A stretch of 46,666 nt of DNA from Nanobdellati archaeon (lineage in GTDB: Archaea > B1Sed10-29 > WALL01). Position numbers and translations under genes: made by a program. This document shows positions 8,798 through 15,566 of the stretch, in pieces. The notes under the pieces were generated by a model. That model was given only the letters and a program-made list of their open reading frames with translations, was not told the DNA's origin and searched no databases. Within the stretch, counting starts at the first letter, position 1, and every line of letters starts with the position of its first letter. The DNA is taken from NCBI GenBank assembly GCA_015522845.1, contig WALL01000021.1, positions 1 to 46,666 of the forward strand, given 5' to 3'.

Positions 8798-9493
8798 ATG
8801 ATTTGGGAATGGGATGGCAAGAGGAAGGAGTTTCGCTTTTCTAAGGAGCTGATCACTCCAGATGTGCGCACATATGAGCAGATGAAGCCAGTCCTTTATG
8901 ACCCTCTGGCAGATGCGCCTAGCGTGTTTTATTATATGTACCGTGGCCTAAGCCTTCCTGAAGATAAGGGGCTCTTTGCAAGCCAAAAAATACGATATGA
9001 TATAACTGTTATGCCTGCTGCAGCAATTGGCGGGGAATACATCAAGACAAAAGGGCATTTCCACCCAGTGAAAGGCGAACACAGTTACCCCGAGATTTAT
9101 GAGGTGCTTGCTGGTGAGGCTTATTACCTCCTCCAAAGCCGCAAGGAGCTGTTGGCAGCTCATGCAATCGCAGGCGATAAGGTAATTATCCCCCCAGACT
9201 ATGGGCATGTTACAATTAATCCGGGGGAGGGAACACTCGTCATGGGCAATTTGGTATCATCAGAGTTCAAGTCAGACTATGCCCCTTTCCTGAAGGGGCA
9301 TGGTGCTGCATTTTACCTGTTGGAGAGTGGCTGGGTTAAGAACCCTAACTACAAAGGGGTTTCCCTGCATGTGGGGCCATTGCATACCAAAAAGGTTTTC
9401 CTAAGGGGGGAGGGGGGCCTGTATTATCTCTTTAGGGAGAATCCAAAACGCTTTGCATTCTTGAATAACCCTAATTTTTACTTTGAAAAATAG
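8798..9493 (+). CDS. pgi: Cupin-type (archaeal) glucose-6-phosphate isomerase
   Basis: RYDITV...EYIKTKGHFH, PEIYEVL.G, IPPDYGHVTINPG and DYAP..GAA motifs. Start placed at ATG 8798, after an AGGCGA SD-like site. Confidence 0.85.
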   Translation: MIWEWDGKRKEFRFSKELITPDVRTYEQMKPVLYDPLADAPSVFYYMYRGLSLPEDKGLFASQKIRYDITVMPAAAIGGEYIKTKGHFHPVKGEHSYPEIYEVLAGEAYYLLQSRKELLAAHAIAGDKVIIPPDYGHVTINPGEGTLVMGNLVSSEFKSDYAPFLKGHGAAFYLLESGWVKNPNYKGVSLHVGPLHTKKVFLRGEGGLYYLFRENPKRFAFLNNPNFYFEK

Positions 9494-9552
9494 AAAAGTT
9501 TAAATACGGTTGATAGGTAATTCGTTTTATAATCTTCATAGGAGGTAAGTGA

Positions 9553-9696
9553 ATGCCGGCAAAGAAGAAAAAGACGACAAAGAAGAAGGTTGTGAAGAAG
9601 GCAACTAAGAAAAAGACAACCAAGAAAAAAGTCGTGAAGAAAAAGACCACAAAAAAGAAGACAACAAAGAAGAAAACCACTCGTAAAAAGAAGTAA
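9553..9696 (+). CDS. 47-aa Lys-rich (KKKxx pentapeptide repeat) histone-H1/Hc2-like basic protein
   Basis: MPAKKKKTTKKKVVKKATKKKTTKKKVVKKKTTKKKTTKKKTTRKKK. It has a GGAGGT SD at 9541, TTTAAATA upstream, a T-rich terminator downstream, and mixed AAA/AAG codons. Confidence 0.85.
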   Translation: MPAKKKKTTKKKVVKKATKKKTTKKKVVKKKTTKKKTTKKKTTRKKK

Positions 9697-9768
9697 ATTG
9701 TTCTTTGTAGACTGGTCTTTTTGAACCCTTCTCTTTCTGTTTCTTAAAGCCCCTCAGGGGGGCATTCT

Positions 9769-10002
9769 TTAAAGCCCGAGAAGCTCATCGATTTTTGCTT
9801 TGTCGAATCCAACAACAATGTTTCCATCGATGTCAACTACAGGCACGCCACGCTGGTGGCTCTTTTCAATCATTTCCATTGCCCTATCAAAGTCTACTGA
9901 CACATCGTAGTTATCAAAAGGTATCCCCTTGTCAGTAAGGTAGCCCTTTACCCGTGCACACCACGGGCAGTTTGGCGTTGAATATACAATGACTTTAGCC
10001 AT
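9769..10002 (-). CDS. Glutaredoxin-like protein (YruB/NrdH type)
   Basis: YSTPNCPWC, GVPV and VGFD motifs. Confidence 0.92.
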   Translation of the reverse strand: MAKVIVYSTPNCPWCARVKGYLTDKGIPFDNYDVSVDFDRAMEMIEKSHQRGVPVVDIDGNIVVGFDKAKIDELLGL

Positions 10003-10054
10003 GGCCTACATTATAGCCACCACTTATATAAATCTCTAACCCCTAACTAAGGGT

Positions 10055-10729
10055 ATGAGGGCAATAGCCGCCATGCAAGGTGCCTGGCATGCATACAAAG
10101 CAAGCTTTGCTAGGCTTATTATAGGGACAGCTGTCCTTCTGATTGCCTACGTGCTGTTAGTCATGTTTTCTTTTCTCCCACTTCTGCTAACAGCGGTATC
10201 AGCAAGCAGAGGTATGCTCTTCTTTTCACTGTCGCTCTTTTCCCTGTTTGCTCTTGTTGCCATTGGCGTTGCGGGATTGTTCTTTCACGGGTATCTAAAA
10301 TTCTTATCAAGGGCTTCTACCCGGCCGTCTTTCATAACAATCTTAAAAGATGCAGCTAGCGGCAAGCGTATGGCGGCCTTAGCATATGCTTTTGTGGCTA
10401 GCCTTGTAGTCATCTTTGCCATCCCCTACTTTTACACATCATCCAGCTTGTCCCTCCTGCTTGCAGCGCCTTTTGCAGCAGCTTTCCTATTTTTTACTGC
10501 GCTTTCCCCATGTGTGGTGATATTTGGAAAGCTCCAGCCGCTTGAGGCTTGGGGGAAATCATTTGAGCTTGTCGTGGCGAGCTTCTGGCAGTTCCTGTGG
10601 CTGTCTGTTATCCTTTGCGTCATTGGCATAGCGGTCTTAGTGATCCCTGCTGTTGGGCCTGCGCTGCTTTTTGTAATTTTCCCGTGGATGGTCCTCTCAT
10701 ATGAGCGGTTTTATGAGGGGTGCAAATAG
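10055..10729 (+). CDS. Multi-pass membrane protein, unknown function
   Basis: About 6 hydrophobic helices and an 'AWGKSFELV' pattern. Confidence 0.7.
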   Translation: MRAIAAMQGAWHAYKASFARLIIGTAVLLIAYVLLVMFSFLPLLLTAVSASRGMLFFSLSLFSLFALVAIGVAGLFFHGYLKFLSRASTRPSFITILKDAASGKRMAALAYAFVASLVVIFAIPYFYTSSSLSLLLAAPFAAAFLFFTALSPCVVIFGKLQPLEAWGKSFELVVASFWQFLWLSVILCVIGIAVLVIPAVGPALLFVIFPWMVLSYERFYEGCK

Positions 10730-10746
10730 CTAGGGCAGGCGGCCAG

Positions 10747-10886
10747 ATGAGGCTTGGGATAATTGTTGCTGACGAGGCTTTCTTGGCCATTCGCCTTCGG
10801 CTCATTAAGAAAGCCCCGCCGGCAAAGAACCTGTTCGCTTTGCTCACAAGGGTGGTTGCATGAGGCTTGGGATAATTGTTGCTGAC
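10747..10886 (+). repeat. 27-bp direct duplication of the ribH start flanking an 86-bp palindromic insert
   Basis: ATGAGGCTTGGGATAATTGTTGCTGAC at 10747-10773 and 10860-10886. The insert carries the inverted repeat GGCTTTCTT...AAGAAAGCC. Confidence 0.9.
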
Positions 10887-11249
10887 TTCAATAAGGAGAT
10901 GACTGAGAAGATGCTTGCCAGGGCAGAAGAGGTTGCATCATCTCTTGGCATAGATGTGGTTGTCAAGCATGTGCCGGGTGTCTATGACATGCCGCTTCAA
11001 ATAAAAAAGATGCTCCCATCGGTGGATGCTGTTGCACTTCTCGGCGTTGTGAAGAAAGGCAAAACCGCTCATGACCGCATTGTTGCTGAAAATGCAGCAC
11101 GCCTTGCAGCGGACTTGAGCTTGGTGTTCAATAAGCCAGTGGCACTTGGCGTGATTGGGCCGGATGCCCCATTAGATGTTGCTAGGGAGCGCTTGGATGG
11201 CTATGCTGAGCGTGCAGTCCTGGCTGCGTACAAGCTGGTGAAGGAATGA
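10860..11249 (+). CDS. ribH: 6,7-dimethyl-8-ribityllumazine synthase
   Basis: LGIIVADFN, VPGVYDMP, LGVVKKGKTAHD and KPVALGVIGP motifs. Confidence 0.92.
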   Translation: MRLGIIVADFNKEMTEKMLARAEEVASSLGIDVVVKHVPGVYDMPLQIKKMLPSVDAVALLGVVKKGKTAHDRIVAENAARLAADLSLVFNKPVALGVIGPDAPLDVARERLDGYAERAVLAAYKLVKE

Positions 11250-11959
11250 ATATCCCAAAGTCACATCCAAGATATAAGTCATTGCTTTACCGTGAGAAGA
11301 TAGTTGAGGGCATTAATCGTGGCTATACTTCCCAGGTGGGGCTTGTTGCCCATGGCCGGGGTGAGGCATTTGACTACCTCCTTGGCGAGAAGACCAGCAG
11401 TTATGCCCATGCTGCCTGTGAAGCGGCAGTGGCAAAGCTTATGTCAACCCGTTCAGTCCTTTCTGCCAATGGGAACGTTGCCGCACTATGTGCGGAGGAA
11501 TATGTCACACTAAGCAAGGTGCTTAACGCCCCAATTGAGGTGAACCTGTTCTACCGCACGCCGGAAAGGATGAAGGCTATGGAAAAGCGCTTCCTTGAGG
11601 CTGGTGCGGAAGAGGTCCTTGGCTTGGCGGAGGATGCGGAGATACAAATCGAAAGCGAGCGCCGCAAGGTGGATTCGCGCGGCATTTACTCTAGGGAGAC
11701 GGTGCTTGTTCCTCTTGAGGATGGGGACCGCACTGAGGCACTCAAGCGCATGGGGAAATTTGTTATTGCGATTGACCTTAACCCGCTTTCGAGGACTGCG
11801 AAAAAGGCAGACATAACTATTGTCGACAACATAGTGCGTGCTGTCCCGCTTATGGTTGAGCTAGCCAAGAAGAAGCCGCGATGGAGGGGATTTGACAATG
11901 CTGCAAACCTTGCTGGCTCTATGGCAATTATGCAGCAGAACCTTTCCAATTCCCAATGA
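11246..11959 (+). CDS. Archaeal phosphopantothenate synthetase (4-phosphopantoate--beta-alanine ligase)
   Basis: IPKSHPRYKSL, AHGRGEAFDYLLGEKT, EVNLFYRT, VPLEDGDRTEAL and IDLNPLSRT motifs. Confidence 0.93.
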   Translation: MNIPKSHPRYKSLLYREKIVEGINRGYTSQVGLVAHGRGEAFDYLLGEKTSSYAHAACEAAVAKLMSTRSVLSANGNVAALCAEEYVTLSKVLNAPIEVNLFYRTPERMKAMEKRFLEAGAEEVLGLAEDAEIQIESERRKVDSRGIYSRETVLVPLEDGDRTEALKRMGKFVIAIDLNPLSRTAKKADITIVDNIVRAVPLMVELAKKKPRWRGFDNAANLAGSMAIMQQNLSNSQ

Positions 11960-12307
11960 GCTGACTGCCAGCTCCCTAGCAGGAGGCCACCACCAGCAAG
12001 CGGTATTGCCAGGCTTGGCTTGAGCATGCTTGCACGGATATGCGAGAATCCGTTGCCGTCGCCCCATTTCTGGCCGTAGTGGTAGCTGCCCTTTGGGATA
12101 AGGCGCCCCACTGCTTCCATAAAGCCTGCTTGGAGCTGTGGCCTATATTCGGTTCTCGTCACTGCCCCGGTGCCTCCGGGACAAACACAAGGGCTTGCCC
12201 ATCCTTCAGGCTGGATGCATCCAAGATAGACTGTACATCCTTAGTTATGCCCATCATCTTTGGCTCTGCTGTTGGGCTAAGCCGTATCTTCTCTTTATTA
12301 CGTGCAT
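11953..12307 (-). pseudogene. yjbQ: Degraded YjbQ/UPF0047 (secondary thiamine-phosphate synthase) gene
   Basis: Fragments in different frames: MHVI / KEKIRLS..GITKDVQSILDASSLKDGQALVFVP / GTGAVTRTEY..GDGNGFSHIRASML.PSL.IP...L.LGSWQ. At least two frameshifts, and the C-terminus is lost. Confidence 0.8.
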
Positions 12308-12364
12308 CAGCTTTATAATGCAAGCCGGGCTAATTAATATTATGCTCGGAGAAGGTGGCAAAGG

Positions 12365-12973
12365 ATGCTTGGCATAGCGCTTGTCTCGGGCGGGATTGAC
12401 TCTCCAGTTGCAGCGCATATGATTGCAAAGCGGGGCGAGGCACTCCTGCCAGTCTATTTTGATAATTTCCCCCACGCAGGCGAAGCCGCAAAGCAGCGCG
12501 CCCTTAAGGTGATACACAAGCTGCAGTTAGCCCACCGGAGCATCCTTGACCCGGTGATCCTCCAGCACGGGCATTCGCTGGAAACATATGCCAAGGAATG
12601 CAACCGCAGGTACCAGTGCATCTTCTGCAAGCGGATGATGGTGCGTGTTGCCTCTGTACTTGGGAGGAGGGAGGGTGCGGGCTATATAATAATGGGCGAC
12701 TCGCTTGCGCAGGTTGCATCCCAGACTCTTCAGAACCTGTACGTTGTTGAGCAGGCCGCATCGCTGCCAATTGTTAGGCCGCTAATCGCACTGGACAAGG
12801 TGGAGATAGAGAAGGCTGCAAAGGAAATTGGGACGTTTGGCATTTCAACGGCAGAGCAGCCCCCCTGCCCGTTTGTCCCTGAAAGGCCAAGCACCAATGC
12901 GCAGCTTGATGCCATCCTTGCTGAGGAGGCGAAGCTGGACATAAGCGGGCTTGTTGAAAGCCATTTCCAGTAA
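12365..12973 (+). CDS. thiI: ThiI-like PP-loop sulfurtransferase lacking the THUMP domain
   Basis: SGGIDSPVA, CIFCKRMM, GDSLAQVASQTLQNL, RPLI..DK.EI and PCPF motifs. Only about 200 aa. Confidence 0.75.
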   Translation: MLGIALVSGGIDSPVAAHMIAKRGEALLPVYFDNFPHAGEAAKQRALKVIHKLQLAHRSILDPVILQHGHSLETYAKECNRRYQCIFCKRMMVRVASVLGRREGAGYIIMGDSLAQVASQTLQNLYVVEQAASLPIVRPLIALDKVEIEKAAKEIGTFGISTAEQPPCPFVPERPSTNAQLDAILAEEAKLDISGLVESHFQ

Positions 12974-13005
12974 GACTTTTAAACTCCAATGGCTTATTCC
13001 TGCAT

Positions 13006-13434
13006 ATGGAAAAGGTGCAGATTGCTTTGATTGGCGGCGCGGCAGTTGTTTTGGTCGTGCTAATTATCCTTGTAGGGATGCTAGGGCTAATTGGCTATAT
13101 GTATTTCAAGTCGCACCCAAACGCCGGAAATTACAACTATAGCACTTATAACGGCTCGGTAACCGTGACTCCCAGCCCAAGCGCAACGCTGGTTCCATCG
13201 GCAACTCCAACGCCGGCGCCAAATGCAACTGTGACGCCCACGCCAACCCCTACGCCAACGCCAAGCCCTTGCCCGGCATATGAGGGGAAGACAGCAGCCG
13301 GCTCGCGAGTATGTGGCGGCAAGGATGCGGACCCGACGAAGAAGTATGTATGGGAATGCCAGGACGGAAGCTGGACTTTCATTGAGGCTTGCTCGTCTGC
13401 ATCCGCCTGCTCGGACGGCATCTGCAGCAGTTAG
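13006..13434 (+). CDS. Membrane-anchored surface protein with Pro/Thr linker and small Cys-rich domain
   Basis: N-terminal TM helix, TPTP repeats, and six Cys in the C-terminal ~50 aa. Confidence 0.75.
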   Translation: MEKVQIALIGGAAVVLVVLIILVGMLGLIGYMYFKSHPNAGNYNYSTYNGSVTVTPSPSATLVPSATPTPAPNATVTPTPTPTPTPSPCPAYEGKTAAGSRVCGGKDADPTKKYVWECQDGSWTFIEACSSASACSDGICSS

Positions 13435-13435
13435 C

Positions 13436-13604
13436 TTTAAATATAATTGCGAGAAAAGGATAGCGATGCGTAAAATGGCCTGTTGCTGTTGCTGCTGAGA
13501 AAGCATCCAACTACTTCTTGCAATGGGCCTGGCAATTGCTTTAGAAGGCTTACACCTTGTGCTGCCGCCTGTTGCATGAACCCAAAAAACAACAGGCGAT
13601 TGGC
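13436..13604 (+). promoter_or_regulatory. Putative cysteine-responsive translational attenuator of cysK
   Basis: Segment 1 GGCCTGTTGC (13477-86), segment 2 TGCAATGGGCC (13519-29), segment 3 CGCCTGTTGCA (13566-76) and segment 4 CAACAGGCG (13590-98, overlapping the SD-like AGGCGA) form mutually exclusive 1:2, 2:3 and 3:4 helices. Confidence 0.7.
13466..13498 (+). CDS. Poly-cysteine leader peptide MRKMACCCCC
   Basis: ATG CGT AAA ATG GCC TGT TGC TGT TGC TGC TGA. It lies 22 bp after the TATA box TTTAAATA (13436-13443) and directly upstream of cysteine synthase. Confidence 0.8.
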   Translation: MRKMACCCCC

Positions 13605-14516
13605 GTGATATACAAAAGCGTGCTGGACATGATTGGAAAAACCCCGATGGTGGAGCTCTCCCTGAACCGCAACCCCCGGGCAAAGCTATTCGCAAAGCTG
13701 GAGAAATTCAACCCCGGCGGCTCTGTAAAGGACAGGATAGCGCTCTCAATGATAGGGGATGCCGAGCAAAAGGGGATCCTGAAGCCAGGGTCCGTTATTG
13801 TCGAGCCAACCAGTGGCAATACGGGCATTGGCCTCGCACTTGTTGGTAGGCGAAAGGGATACCGCGTGAAGATAGTCATGCCTGCGGATGCAAGCAGCGA
13901 AAGGAAAGTAATGATTCGGGCGTTGGGCGGCGAGCTGGTGCTGACCCCTGCTTCCAAAGGTGTCGATGGGGCAAGGGAGCGTGCTGCGGAGCTGGCTGCA
14001 AACCCAAACCATGTCATGCTTGACCAGTATTCCAATGATGCCAACTGGCTTGCGCATTACAGCACAACGGCAAATGAGATATGGGGGGACACGGGCGGCA
14101 AGGTTACGCATTTTGTTGCCGGCATGGGAACGGGCGGCACGCTTATGGGAGTCTCGCGCCGGCTGAAGGAATTGAACCCAAGCATCAAGATAATTGGCGT
14201 GGAGCCAACCAAGCACCATCACTTGGCCGGGCTGAAAAACATGCGCTCGCAGGAAAGGCCAGCCATATATGACGAGTCATTGATTGATGAAGTAATCACT
14301 GTTACCGACGAGCAGGCTTCTCACATGGCCCGTGCCCTCGCCGAAAAAGAAGGGCTTCTCGTGGGCATGTCCAGCGGGGCTGCTGCTTATGCGGCACTGG
14401 CACTCACAAGGCACCTGGATGGGGGGGTTGTCGTCGCCCTTTTTGCGGATGGTGGCGAGAGGTATCTGAGCACACGGCTCTTTGACAGTAAGGGTTTTAA
14501 ACGGGTTGGTGCTTAA
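13605..14516 (+). CDS. cysK: PLP-dependent cysteine synthase (CysK/CysM family)
   Basis: IGKTP, KLEKFNPGGSVKDR (PLP Lys), EPTSGNTG, GMGTGGT, GMSSG and DGGERYLST motifs. GTG start after AGGCGA. Confidence 0.93.
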   Translation: MIYKSVLDMIGKTPMVELSLNRNPRAKLFAKLEKFNPGGSVKDRIALSMIGDAEQKGILKPGSVIVEPTSGNTGIGLALVGRRKGYRVKIVMPADASSERKVMIRALGGELVLTPASKGVDGARERAAELAANPNHVMLDQYSNDANWLAHYSTTANEIWGDTGGKVTHFVAGMGTGGTLMGVSRRLKELNPSIKIIGVEPTKHHHLAGLKNMRSQERPAIYDESLIDEVITVTDEQASHMARALAEKEGLLVGMSSGAAAYAALALTRHLDGGVVVALFADGGERYLSTRLFDSKGFKRVGA

Positions 14517-14573
14517 AATGCCGTTAGGGCATGCAAAGCATGCCCCGAGAGGCTGGTCCATGCTCCTATGGAC

Positions 14574-14647
14574 GCAGAGGTGGCAGAGCGGCTATGCACC
14601 CGGCTGCAGACCGGGAGACTCGGGTTCAAATCCCGACCTCTGCTCCA
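14574..14647 (+). tRNA. tRNA-Cys(GCA), CCA encoded
   Basis: Acceptor GCAGAGG/CCTCTGC, U73 discriminator, anticodon stem CCCGG/CCGGG with loop CT-GCA-GA, T-arm TCGGG-TTCAAAT-CCCGA. Confidence 0.95.
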
Positions 14648-14832
14648 GTTACCCACCCTTACTGGAGGGTGAGGATCCCCAGGGTATCCAGGGGGGCTGT
14701 GCCCCCCTATGGACGCTGTTTTGATCCCGACCTCTGCTCCAGTTACCCACCCTTACTGGAGGGTGAGGATCCCCAGGGTATCCAGGGGGGCTGTGCCCCC
14801 CTATGGACGCTGTTTTGATCCCGACCTCTGCT
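14630..14832 (+). repeat. 94-bp tandem repeat (2 full copies + 15 bp) beginning in the tRNA-Cys 3' end
   Basis: ATCCCGACCTCTGCT at 14630, 14724 and 14818. Units 14630-14723 and 14724-14817 are identical and contain several hairpins. Confidence 0.95.
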
Positions 14833-14836
14833 TTTT

Positions 14837-15097
14837 ATGAGAATAGAGAAAAAGGTCTGGCCCGAATATTTCCAAAAAATCCTTAATGGCGACAAAACGT
14901 TTGAGTTGCGCCTAGCGGATTTTGAATGTGCTCCTGGTGACACGCTGCTGTTGGGGGAGTGGGATCCAGCAACGCGGGATTATACCGGTAGGGAAACCGA
15001 AAAGACGGTCAGCTATGTTATAAAAACAAAAGGCCAGAAGTTTTGGCCGCAGAGAGATGTGGACAAATACGGGTTTCAGGTAATCGCGTTCAGCTGA
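14837..15097 (+). CDS. DUF3850/ASCH (PUA-like) domain protein
   Basis: KKVWPEYFQKIL.G.KTFELR..DF...GD.L.L.EW.......YTGR signature. Confidence 0.85.
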   Translation: MRIEKKVWPEYFQKILNGDKTFELRLADFECAPGDTLLLGEWDPATRDYTGRETEKTVSYVIKTKGQKFWPQRDVDKYGFQVIAFS

Positions 15098-15104
15098 TGC
15101 CTGC

Positions 15105-15536
15105 TTATTTCCAAAGTGACTTCTTTAAGTGCCTCTTTGGCTCGTAGTAGTATAACCCCATCCATGAGCGGATGGCGGGCTTGGCGGGAACAAGCGTTTC
15201 CTGGTAGCCCTCCTCCCATTCATCCACAAGCTTTTTTACCTGTGGCTGGCCTAAGCCGGTCTCGTCGGCTATGCGCTTGCTAGCCTGCTCCTTGAATTTA
15301 TTTGGCAGCATTGCTAACGGGCTTATACCTTCCCAAAACTGAATGTAGCGAGGGCTGTCCCCCCACTGTTCCTGCATGCTCTTATCCCTTTTGGCGGCTT
15401 CCTCAAGGAATATCTTGTGTATGGTGGCAACATGCTCTTCTTTTATTTTGCCTTTCTTTGCAAGGTGTTCCAGATGGGCTTTCCATTCCCTTTTAACCTT
15501 GCTGATTTTCCTCTCATAATATGGCTCTTTTGGCAT
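15105..15536 (-). CDS. Hypothetical charged helical protein
   Basis: 143-aa ORF with coding-like bias and a TATA-like element upstream. No recognisable motif. Confidence 0.6.
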   Translation of the reverse strand: MPKEPYYERKISKVKREWKAHLEHLAKKGKIKEEHVATIHKIFLEEAAKRDKSMQEQWGDSPRYIQFWEGISPLAMLPNKFKEQASKRIADETGLGQPQVKKLVDEWEEGYQETLVPAKPAIRSWMGLYYYEPKRHLKKSLWK

Positions 15537-15566
15537 ACAGCATCCCTTAGTTATACTCTCTTACAC

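Noticed and set aside
9471-9680. Phe/Val-rich 69-aa ORF on the minus strand
   Set aside because: It is the antisense shadow of the Lys-rich gene, which has the promoter and SD.
10774-10859. FMN riboswitch upstream of ribH
   Set aside because: It lacks the conserved RFN sequence motifs and is too short.
11686-12162. Intact 158-aa minus-strand gene
   Set aside because: Only the first ~66 aa are YjbQ-like. The rest is antisense to the PPS gene, so it is treated as a pseudogene fragment.
13280-13498. 72-aa ORF ending in CCCCC
   Set aside because: Its upstream part overlaps 13006..13434 out of frame and spans the TATA box. Only the last 10 codons are credible, as the leader peptide.
14482-14818. 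ORFs 14482..14724 and 14531..14818
   Set aside because: They run across tRNA-Cys and the tandem repeat and are not protein-like.
14630-14832. Mini CRISPR array
   Set aside because: The repeat core is only 15 bp and is the tRNA 3' end. The 'spacers' are identical and 79 bp long.
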